A stretch of 64,000 nt of DNA from a virus (taxonomy: Duplodnaviria; Caudoviricetes), in the IMG/VR virus record IMGVR_UViG_3300044645_001661. One strand, given 5' to 3'. The position numbers and the translations under genes were made by a program. Positions within the stretch are counted from its first letter, which is position 1; each line of letters starts with the position of its first letter. Under the pieces are notes generated by a model. The model saw nothing but the letters and a program-made list of their open reading frames with translations, was not told the origin of the DNA and ran no database searches. Positions 47,388-54,734 of this stretch are shown here, in pieces.

Positions 47388-48341
47388 ATGAGCGTTTTTA
47401 AACTTACCGAGGCATATAATGCCATTTATGATGAAGATTTGAGATCTGAAGTTGAAGATATGAATGAGGAGTTTGTTGGTGTAGAAGAACTCTCAGAAGA
47501 AGAACTAGATGCTATTGTTGAAGATGCAATTTATGATATTTTAAATGAAGGATTTGATGTAGAAGAACTTGATGTTATCTTTGAAGAAGTCATTCTGGAA
47601 GCAAAAGTCACCATGGGTCGTGGTGGTGAAGCAGGCGGAAGTGACAAAGTAACTTCTGGATCTGGTAGTAGAATGGCTGCCGCATCTAGATTGTCTGCTG
47701 CTAAAACCAAAAAAAGAGAAGAGCGAATTGCTAAAGTAAAAGGTGCAATTAAAAAGGGTGTAGAAAAAGTTAAGTCTGCTCCTGGTGAAGCAAAGAAAGC
47801 AGCAGAAAAGAAAATCAAAGATGTCAAGCAACAATCGCACGTAGCTGCTGCTAAGTATGCAAATAAGCGTAATTTAGTTAAAGGTGCTGGTCTGAAAACT
47901 CAATCTAGTAAGGGTAGAGGTGAACTTCGTTCAGCAGTTGCCAAAGATATTAAATCAAGAGTTGGTGCTAAAATTAAAGCGGCAGCAGGTAAAATAAAGC
48001 AGAAAGCAGCATCTGCAGCAGTCTCTGGATATGCTGCAGCTCGTTCTGCTAAGCAAGCAGCATCTGATGTAAAAAACAAGGCAGTACAATCTGCTAAGAA
48101 TAAGGCAGCAGTTGCTAAGAGAGGTGCTAAGAGTGCAGTAGGTAAGGCAGCAAGGGCAGTTGCTAGTGGTGCTGGTAAGGTTGCTTCAAAACTGGGTGAA
48201 GAAATTCAAAGAGATGATTTATTTGATGCAGTTCTTGAGCATCTTGTTGCTGACGGTTATGCGGATACTAATGAAGCAGCACTCATTATTATGGCAAATA
48301 TGTCTGAGGAATGGAGACAAGATATTTTAGAAAATCTTTGA
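47388..48341 (+). CDS. Late Lys/Ala-rich protein, putative internal head protein
   Basis: Acidic N-terminus, ILE-A site, long basic core; acidic C-terminal motif shared with ORF 34781. Confidence 0.6.
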   Translation: MSVFKLTEAYNAIYDEDLRSEVEDMNEEFVGVEELSEEELDAIVEDAIYDILNEGFDVEELDVIFEEVILEAKVTMGRGGEAGGSDKVTSGSGSRMAAASRLSAAKTKKREERIAKVKGAIKKGVEKVKSAPGEAKKAAEKKIKDVKQQSHVAAAKYANKRNLVKGAGLKTQSSKGRGELRSAVAKDIKSRVGAKIKAAAGKIKQKAASAAVSGYAAARSAKQAASDVKNKAVQSAKNKAAVAKRGAKSAVGKAARAVASGAGKVASKLGEEIQRDDLFDAVLEHLVADGYADTNEAALIIMANMSEEWRQDILENL

Positions 48342-48363
48342 TAATATAATCAAATAAACACAA

Positions 48364-48390
48364 AGAGACCCTAAAAAGGTCTCTTTTTTT
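48364..48390 (+). terminator. Terminator
   Basis: AGAGACC-CTAAAAA-GGTCTCT plus T run. Confidence 0.8.
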
Positions 48391-48419
48391 ATAATTAGTT
48401 GTAGAATAAGAATTTAAAT

Positions 48420-48575
48420 ATGGTACATTATAACGATATATTTGAACTTAAGGCAAGATTGAATAAACTTAAGCATCAATTAGATAAAGAATATTATTCA
48501 CAACAAGAGAAAGACCTTGCCCATAAATATCTTAACAAAGCAATTGACTATGTGAATGAGTTACAGTTATACTAA
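48420..48575 (+). CDS. Small hypothetical protein (51 aa, MVHYNDIFELK...)
   Basis: Read manually. Confidence 0.55.
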   Translation: MVHYNDIFELKARLNKLKHQLDKEYYSQQEKDLAHKYLNKAIDYVNELQLY

Positions 48576-48993
48576 TCCATGGATCTATAATGGCAAAGTT
48601 TTTGAGTCTGATAATATCCAAGATTATTTTGGTTTTGTTTATCATATTCACTGCACTACAACTGGTAGGGACTATATTGGTAGAAAATATTTCTGGAGTT
48701 TCCGCACACCGAAGGGAAAATCTAGAAAAGTTAAATCAGAGTCTGACTGGAAAAACTATTATGGATCATGTCCAGAGCTGAAAGAAGATGTTCAAAAATT
48801 TGGTAAAGAAAATTTTACAAGAAATATTATTTCATTACATAAAACAAAGGGCAAAACTAACTTCGAAGAGACTAGACAACTCTTCACCAATAATGTCCTC
48901 ACGGAATCACTTGACAGCGGGATCCCTAGGTACTACAATTCCAACATCCTCAACAGGTACTTCAGAAAAGATTATTATGGAAAAAACGACTGA
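48556..48993 (+). CDS. GIY-YIG-like protein (T4 NrdA.1-like)
   Basis: GFVYHI...YIGRKYFW...YYGS. Confidence 0.75.
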   Translation: MSYSYTNPWIYNGKVFESDNIQDYFGFVYHIHCTTTGRDYIGRKYFWSFRTPKGKSRKVKSESDWKNYYGSCPELKEDVQKFGKENFTRNIISLHKTKGKTNFEETRQLFTNNVLTESLDSGIPRYYNSNILNRYFRKDYYGKND

Positions 48994-49192
48994 AGATATC
49001 GTCGCAGATATTCGTCAATGGTCAATTGATCGAATTCATCATTTGTGCGAAGATAGTATGGTAGAAAAACTAAAACTCCGTAATTATATGGACGCTGTAT
49101 CTATATCTGAAGAATTTTCAGAATGGATTGATCTGACTGGGGATTCTAATGAACAATTGGATATTATGTATTTGGAATATAAGCAAATCTAA
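48978..49192 (+). CDS. Small hypothetical protein
   Basis: ORF from MEKTTED. Confidence 0.5.
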
Positions 49193-49204
49193 TTGTTAGA
49201 AATC

Positions 49205-49233
49205 TTGACAAATCCTAAATATTAACTTATTAT
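49205..49233 (+). promoter_or_regulatory. Sigma70-type promoter with embedded CTAAATA
   Basis: TTGACA-17 nt-TATTAT. Confidence 0.7.
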
Positions 49234-49289
49234 GTTAAGATTCACAACTATGTGAATCTTTTTTACTATGAGACTTTGAGTGACATTTA

Positions 49290-49351
49290 GAGCCGTGGAA
49301 AGTGCCCTTTGAAAAGAGGGTGTACCCCCTTTCTATACGGATGTAGAGTTC
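49290..49351 (+). ncRNA. Candidate structured 5'-UTR RNA
   Basis: Nested helices closed by a GAAA tetraloop hairpin (see findings). Confidence 0.5.
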
Positions 49352-49362
49352 AATTAAAATTA

Positions 49363-50019
49363 ATGCAAAATATCTTTACAGTAGCCTTGCCTCTTCTGGC
49401 AACGGTTACAACCAATACGGCAATACTGCCATTCTCTAGTTATAAATTGCAAGGTCCGCCTCCTCCAGTGGAAGCAAGACCTTATTCAATTATTAAAGAG
49501 TTTGAACAAGAGAAGACAGCAATCCGCAAGGTTGCTCCCGAAAAACCAAAAGAGAAAAGACTAATTTGTAAAGGGTGTAACAATTACGAATCCCGTACTC
49601 TGGAATTTCTTCAGAAGAAGGGAATCACTGACAAAAATGCCCTTGCCACCATTATGGGTAATATTAGACAGGAATCAACATTCATTCCTAATATCTGTGA
49701 AGGTGGTTCTAGAACATCATATGAGGGGTGTAGAAGTGGTGGATATGGTTTAATCCAATGGACAGATTCCGCAAGGTATCATGGTCTTGGAAACCATGCT
49801 TATAAAATCGGTGCTAATCCTTCTGCTTTAGAGACACAATTGGATTACATGATTAATGAGTATGATTGGAAGATGATCGAGGGGCAAATGAAAACTCCTG
49901 GTCTTACCATTAACGATTATATGCGTCTTGCCCGTAAGTGGATTCGTTGGGGTCATCATGGTGCCCGAACCGACTTTGCTTACAACTACGCCAGTAAAAT
50001 GGTTTTGACTAAAGTTTAA
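49363..50019 (+). CDS. Phage tail lysozyme-like cell-wall hydrolase
   Basis: ALATIMGNIRQES, GYGLIQWT, LETQLDY; hydrophobic N-terminus. Confidence 0.75.
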   Translation: MQNIFTVALPLLATVTTNTAILPFSSYKLQGPPPPVEARPYSIIKEFEQEKTAIRKVAPEKPKEKRLICKGCNNYESRTLEFLQKKGITDKNALATIMGNIRQESTFIPNICEGGSRTSYEGCRSGGYGLIQWTDSARYHGLGNHAYKIGANPSALETQLDYMINEYDWKMIEGQMKTPGLTINDYMRLARKWIRWGHHGARTDFAYNYASKMVLTKV

Positions 50020-50044
50020 GTCTAACTACAACAGAATAAATAAG

Positions 50045-50070
50045 AGGGAGTGCTGCAGACCTCCCTTTTT
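50045..50070 (+). terminator. Terminator
   Basis: AGGGAG...CTCCCT plus T run. Confidence 0.7.
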
Positions 50071-50072
50071 TA

Positions 50073-50480
50073 ATGGACATTAAAAAGAAAACAATTAGAT
50101 TTGCAATTATTGGTGTTACCTTGACAACAATTGTATCAATTCTTTCTCAGTGTACAGGTATTGATGAAATACACTGGACTGATTTAATAGATGAGATTCA
50201 AAGAAAATATTTTCCAAATACAGAACTCAATGAATATATTATTAAGGATCCTAAACTTCTTGATAATCGGGTTAAAAGAGATGTAAGTTTGGCAATAGAA
50301 AAAGTTACTCCAGAATATAATCGCATTATTCTTGAAGCAGATCAAAAGTATCAACCAAAGTATTTGGAAAGACCTACAGATGATTCTGTTTGTTATACTG
50401 ATGAATGCAAATCACTTGGTGGGGAAATGAGAATCTGTTCTCCTTGGGTGGATTCCTGCAAAGAAACTTATATAAATTAA
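50073..50480 (+). CDS. Hypothetical protein with N-terminal membrane anchor
   Basis: FAIIGVTLTTIVSILSQC; Cys-rich C-terminus. Confidence 0.6.
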   Translation: MDIKKKTIRFAIIGVTLTTIVSILSQCTGIDEIHWTDLIDEIQRKYFPNTELNEYIIKDPKLLDNRVKRDVSLAIEKVTPEYNRIILEADQKYQPKYLERPTDDSVCYTDECKSLGGEMRICSPWVDSCKETYIN

Positions 50481-50661
50481 AGATAGATGTTATTAAAAAT
50501 ATGGAAGAAATTAAAAAACAATATCCAAATCCATCAGATTTAAACAATTTGTATGGGCACACTGATTTGGAAGGATTTTCAAAATATTTGGGTATAAATT
50601 ATGATACTCTTCTTGAAATAAATAAAAAAAATGCAGAAGTTATTAGAAATTCAAAGACGGC

Positions 50662-50690
50662 TTGACAGAACAAACATCTTGATGTATTAT
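50662..50690 (+). promoter_or_regulatory. Sigma70-type promoter for tRNA-Tyr
   Basis: TTGACA-17 nt-TATTAT. Confidence 0.8.
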
Positions 50691-50746
50691 ATACTTTGTT
50701 CAGGGGAGAGATCCACTGGCATTTAGGACTTTCCTACAGTCCTATC

Positions 50747-50828
50747 GGGTAGGTGTCCGAGTGGTTAATGGAGGTGGACTGTAAATCCACTGGCTCTGCC
50801 TACGGGGGTTCAAATCCCTCCCTGCCCA
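50747..50828 (+). tRNA. tRNA-Tyr(GUA)
   Basis: GGGTAGG/CCTGCCC acceptor; CT-GTA-AA loop; variable arm. Confidence 0.93.
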
Positions 50829-50830
50829 CC

Positions 50831-50859
50831 TTGACAATCAAATCCCGATCTGATATGAT
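50831..50859 (+). promoter_or_regulatory. Sigma70-type promoter for the pseudoknot, tRNA-Arg and tRNA-Asn transcript
   Basis: TTGACA-17 nt-TATGAT. Confidence 0.8.
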
Positions 50860-50862
50860 ATG

Positions 50863-50930
50863 GGAGTTGAGAGATCAACTGCGGCACTCCCCTTTGGTAG
50901 GTTCAGGAGTGGCGGCGATAGGAACCTACT
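50863..50930 (+). ncRNA. Candidate H-type pseudoknot leader RNA
   Basis: GAGA-tetraloop hairpin plus interleaved perfect 6-bp and 8-bp helices. Confidence 0.55.
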
Positions 50931-50934
50931 TTAT

Positions 50935-51008
50935 GTCTCAGTAGCTCAGTGGAACAGAGCAACCGCCTTCTAAGCGGTCGGTCGTTGGTTCGAATCCAAC
51001 CTGAGACG
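50935..51008 (+). tRNA. tRNA-Arg(UCU)
   Basis: GTCTCAG/CTGAGAC acceptor; CT-TCT-AA loop. Confidence 0.95.
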
Positions 51009-51033
51009 CTTGGAGATTTATTCTCCAAATTAT

Positions 51034-51105
51034 TCCCCTATAGCTCAACGGCAGAGCAGAGAGCTGTTAACTCTAAGGTTCCTCGTTCGAATCGAGGTGG
51101 GGGAG
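51034..51105 (+). tRNA. tRNA-Asn(GUU)
   Basis: TCCCCTA/TGGGGGA acceptor; CT-GTT-AA loop. Confidence 0.95.
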
Positions 51106-51362
51106 TCGGAAGGACTGGAAATGTCTGGGACTTCCTCTAAATCCTAACTTTTGTTAGGTCGGGGACTTGATCGCCCCCGTTCGTAACAGAAAACGCTGGA
51201 CAAACTTTGGAGGTATAAACCCTTGCAAGGTCTCCCACCCCATTTGGGTGCCTTCCTGAGAACAGGAAAAATAAGGTTTGGTGTTTTCTTTTATCACTGC
51301 CCTCTAATGCAGTGAAAATCGCAGAAAGTGTCTTCTGCGGGTGGTGGTCACTCACTACCCAT
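51106..51362 (+). ncRNA. Candidate multi-hairpin ncRNA immediately 3' of tRNA-Asn
   Basis: About nine consecutive hairpins; GC-richer than flanks; no credible + strand ORF. Confidence 0.6.
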
Positions 51363-51515
51363 TAACCTCTGGTATTCTATTGCTAAGGATATAGGTGTCA
51401 TAATGATTAATATTTTTAAAAAAGTTTATTTGAAGATAAAAGAATATATTGACTTTAAAAAAGTCTCTAAAAAATGTAAGGAAGAGGATCCATACATTTA
51501 TAAATAAAACTAAAA

Positions 51516-52298
51516 ATGTCTAATAACATATTAATTACATTTGGATGTAGTTGGACTTTTGGTGAAGGGTCTGGTTATGTTGATGGAATGAGTGAAGTTG
51601 AATATAAAAAAATTCAACATGATCCAAAAATATGTTACGAAAACTCTTGGAGAAAAGTATTAGTAGACCATTATAATTTAGTTCATATAAATTTTTCTGT
51701 CTCTGGAAGTAGTAATCAAAGACAATTTAAAACTGCTAGAGAATATTTCGTAACTGAGAAATGGAAAAAATTAATTAATAATCCTAAAAACAATGTGGTT
51801 GTTTTATGGGGAATTACTAGTACTTATAGAAATTATTTTTGGTGTAAAGATACTAGAAGATATGAAAATATTTTTTATAATTTAAAAGGAGATAAAATAG
51901 AATATAATAATTATCAAGATAAATTAGCAGAAGCAATGCTAAAGTGGTCTTATAACAGAGAAGTTGAAGTTGAAGTAATAAAAAACGAAATTTTGTTTTT
52001 TAATCATTATTTTAATCTAGTTGGAGTTAAAAACCTTTGGTTTGATACCTTTAATTTTATTAATTATGGAGAAAAATTTAATAATTTTTTAGATGAATCT
52101 TTAGAACAGAGAGATTTATTATCAATGCTTTGTTATGAACATGCTAGAAAATCTAATATTAAACTAATATTAGATAATAATTTTAAATATGCTGAAGAAA
52201 GTGGACTAATAAATTCTTTTAGTTATCATCCTAAAAAAGATCAGTATAAAATTATTGGTGAGTATTTTATTAGGAAACTTAAAAAATACTTTAAATAA
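51516..52298 (+). CDS. SGNH/GDSL hydrolase-like protein
   Basis: FGCSWT (block I), SVSGSSN (block II), YHP (block V); TATAAATA at 51499-51506. Confidence 0.6.
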   Translation: MSNNILITFGCSWTFGEGSGYVDGMSEVEYKKIQHDPKICYENSWRKVLVDHYNLVHINFSVSGSSNQRQFKTAREYFVTEKWKKLINNPKNNVVVLWGITSTYRNYFWCKDTRRYENIFYNLKGDKIEYNNYQDKLAEAMLKWSYNREVEVEVIKNEILFFNHYFNLVGVKNLWFDTFNFINYGEKFNNFLDESLEQRDLLSMLCYEHARKSNIKLILDNNFKYAEESGLINSFSYHPKKDQYKIIGEYFIRKLKKYFK

Positions 52299-52348
52299 AC
52301 CAATAAATAGTTGACAAAATAATTTGTCTCTGTTAAAATAAAATCATC

Positions 52349-52420
52349 GGGCGATTAACTCAGCGGTAGAGTGGCCTCCTTACAAGTGGTAAGTCACTGG
52401 TTCGATTCCAGTATCGCCCA
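52349..52420 (+). tRNA. tRNA-Val(UAC)
   Basis: GGGCGAT/ATCGCCC acceptor; CT-TAC-AA loop; one U-U mismatch in the anticodon stem; TTGACA-17-TAAAAT upstream. Confidence 0.88.
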
Positions 52421-52566
52421 TTATCAAATAGTACATATATAAATTATGAAAGATAAAAAATTCAAAAAATTAATTCAAAAACCTTTAAGATTTCATCATC
52501 AAGATATCCATGAAGAACTTGATAGTATTAAATTATCATTAGCAGATATTAGGAGATTAATGGAAA

Positions 52567-52824
52567 ATGTTAGTAGTGAGATGCAAAGATTGCAACAAAG
52601 AGTTGACAAGTCATCCATCTAAAACTCAGTGTTGTGGATGTTCTAATATGATGACTGTCTGTGCTGATAACATATCAGCCATTGATTTAACTAAAGTAAT
52701 TATTATTAATTCAAATAATAAAAAACCTCATAAAAAAACAAGTTTATTTTCTCCAGAAGAACTTGAGTATCAAGAATCTAGAAGAAAAAGAAAAGTTCGC
52801 AAATTAGATTTTGAAATACGTTAA
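52567..52824 (+). CDS. Small Zn-ribbon protein
   Basis: CKDC...CCGC. Confidence 0.65.
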   Translation: MLVVRCKDCNKELTSHPSKTQCCGCSNMMTVCADNISAIDLTKVIIINSNNKKPHKKTSLFSPEELEYQESRRKRKVRKLDFEIR

Positions 52825-52864
52825 ATCTTAACTAAATAAGAAAATAAAGTTTTCTTATTAACTT

Positions 52865-52951
52865 GGAAGGGCAATCCGATTGGCGACGGAACCTGTCTTG
52901 AAAACAGTTGAGGTGTTAAAGCCCTTGGGGGTTCGACTCCCCCTCCTTCCG
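52865..52951 (+). tRNA. tRNA-Ser(UGA)
   Basis: GGAAGGG/CCTTCC acceptor; CT-TGA-AA loop; long variable arm. Confidence 0.9.
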
Positions 52952-53437
52952 TTTAACAATTTTTTAATTTGTGTTATAAAATGAACACAATACATTGACG
53001 TTTAAAAATTAAAAACTATTATATAGTAGTACAACTACTTATAAACCCCAATGGATGATCATACTTACCAAAATTGGGTGAAGATTAAAGAAACCTTTGA
53101 GTCTTCTGGTAATACAAATAACATGTTTTATCGTAGGGCCTGTGAAATAGTAAAAACTAAAAGAGACCCTTTAGCAAAGTTTTTTGGTGATACTAATAAT
53201 GGATAAAACAATTATATCTGCAATAATAATTTTTACATTAATTGGTTTATTCATCAGATGGGGACTTACAAACGCATATGCGTAAGTAAAGATAATTTAA
53301 ATGGAGAGAAAGATGATTTTTCATATTGTAGAGACTCTTGCAGCGAGTCCAGTTTGGTTGTTCTTTTGCGGTTTTGGCTTGACAGTTGTTCCTTTTATGG
53401 GTATAATGATTATACACCGAGATAAATAATCTCATTA

Positions 53438-53511
53438 CGGGGTGTAGCTCAGTTTGGTAGAGCACTCGCTTTGGGAGCGAGATGTCGCAGGTTCGAATCC
53501 TGTCACCCCGA
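53438..53511 (+). tRNA. tRNA-Pro(UGG)
   Basis: CGGGGTG/CACCCCG acceptor; TT-TGG-GA loop. Confidence 0.95.
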
Positions 53512-53718
53512 TTAGTAAAATCTATGTAATTTTACTATTTAAAATTTTAGTTAATGATTTTTTATTAAATGGAATCGAAACAAGAAATTTCTAAAACTGA
53601 AACCATAGATTTTACTAATGAATCAAGTAGAGATGCATCAGAGACTGATATCAAAGAGTTGATAGAGGTCTTGACAAACCACAACGATGCATGTTAAATT
53701 TGATTTGTTGAAACACGA

Positions 53719-53793
53719 GGGACTGTCGCCTATTGGTTAAGGCCCACTGCTTATAACGGTGTGAACTGAGTTCAATTCTCAGCAGTCCTACCA
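53719..53793 (+). tRNA. tRNA with UAU anticodon (Ile), copy 1, CCA encoded
   Basis: GGGACTG/CAGTCCT acceptor; CACTG-CTTATAA-CGGTG. Confidence 0.88.
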
Positions 53794-53794
53794 A

Positions 53795-53866
53795 GGGAGT
53801 ATAGCTTAATGGTTAGAGCGGGCTCCTTATAAGGGCTTAGTCTGGGTTCAACTCCCAGTATTCCCA
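53795..53866 (+). tRNA. tRNA with UAU anticodon (Ile), copy 2
   Basis: GGGAGTA/TATTCCC acceptor; GGCTC-CTTATAA-GGGCT. Confidence 0.88.
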
Positions 53867-53896
53867 CTCACTATTCGCTATTTGCGAATAGCAAAT

Positions 53897-53969
53897 GCTG
53901 GTTTAGCAATCTGGCGAATGCAATCGACTCATAATCGATGGGAGGCGAGTTCGATCCTCGCAACCAGCA
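53897..53969 (+). tRNA. tRNA with CAU anticodon (Met, or Ile2 if lysidine-modified)
   Basis: GCTGGTT/AACCAGC acceptor; ATCGA-CTCATAA-TCGAT. Confidence 0.88.
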
Positions 53970-54045
53970 TGGGACAGAATCTACACTGTCCATCTTGACT
54001 TCTTCAAGTCAACCCTTTATAATACTAAGGTCAACATTCAAAACA

Positions 54046-54261
54046 ATGACTCTTACAACTAAATTCAAGAAAGACATTCAAACTCTTCGCGGTGCCGCAA
54101 ATGGTGATTTTTACCTCGATGTAAAGAATCCGAAACTTTACAAAAAAGTTCGTAGGTATTATGAAAGCGAAGGTGTAGTGTTCTCTGGTGATCCTTTGGA
54201 TGATTATGAAATGCTTATGGAATATCTCTATCAAGATCTTGAAACTGTAGAAGTTGCATAG
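54046..54261 (+). CDS. Conserved cyanophage hypothetical protein (MTLTTKFKKDI...)
   Basis: 71 aa; upstream TTGACT...TATAAT promoter-like sequence. Confidence 0.7.
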   Translation: MTLTTKFKKDIQTLRGAANGDFYLDVKNPKLYKKVRRYYESEGVVFSGDPLDDYEMLMEYLYQDLETVEVA

Positions 54262-54304
54262 TCATGGAGAGACTTTAAAAACCCTGGTCGGGAGCAACCC
54301 CTTT

Positions 54305-54538
54305 ATGGATAAAAAAACAATACTTAGGTATTTTGGTAATGCACTCCTCATAATTGGATATTATATTCTTTTGTGGGGAGATGAAAAAATTGGATTAATT
54401 ATTAAATTTTTTGCAGGAATTCTGTTACTTCCTTCATTTGTTTATTTTAAAATGTGGGATTCGGTAACAATATGTGGATTTTATGCTTTTATTGAAATTA
54501 CTAGATTAATCCATCTTTTCGCCACGGATGGGCGTTAA
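54305..54538 (+). CDS. Small membrane protein
   Basis: 77 aa with three hydrophobic stretches. Confidence 0.6.
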   Translation: MDKKTILRYFGNALLIIGYYILLWGDEKIGLIIKFFAGILLLPSFVYFKMWDSVTICGFYAFIEITRLIHLFATDGR

Positions 54539-54670
54539 CAGTACTGGTGGAGTCAAATGACCCTCATTTTGGTTTCTTGCTTTTCCATTAAAAAGCAAGT
54601 GGTGCGGATGGGACTCTCTCCCGCCTGGTTTCTTGCCTCCAGTCAAAGGGCAAGTGGCGAGCCTGAATTT
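54519..54670 (+). ncRNA. manA-like cyanophage structured RNA
   Basis: Two tandem GGTTTCTTGC...CCA...GCAAGTGG modules; next to tRNAs and upstream of sugar-metabolism genes; family assigned from memory only. Confidence 0.6.
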
Positions 54671-54673
54671 ACT

Positions 54674-54699
54674 AAGATGGGTAACTCCCATCTTTTTTT
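54674..54699 (+). terminator. Terminator after the manA-like RNA
   Basis: AAGATGGG-TAACT-CCCATCTT plus T run. Confidence 0.85.
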
Positions 54700-54734
54700 A
54701 TGCTATAAAATAAATACATTTTTTAATTCTTATC

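Noticed and set aside
49290-49351. c-di-AMP or glutamine riboswitch
   Set aside because: Lacks the ydaO consensus; ACGGATGTAG only superficially resembles the glnA-type ACGGAAGTAG and the rest of that architecture is missing.
50863-51362. HDV-like (theta) ribozyme next to tRNAs
   Set aside because: The pseudoknot has only 1 nt between helix strands, leaving no P3/P1.1, and I could not build the HDV topology from the 51106 element. Hammerhead CUGANGA/GAAA cores are also absent.
53869-53893. Perfect hairpin CTATTCGC-TATTT-GCGAATAG between tRNAs
   Set aside because: An isolated spacer hairpin, most simply a processing or terminator-like element; too little structure to call an ncRNA.
53938-54045. 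N-terminal extension of the ORF 53938-54261
   Set aside because: It overlaps the CAU tRNA and a promoter; the real start is probably ATG 54046.
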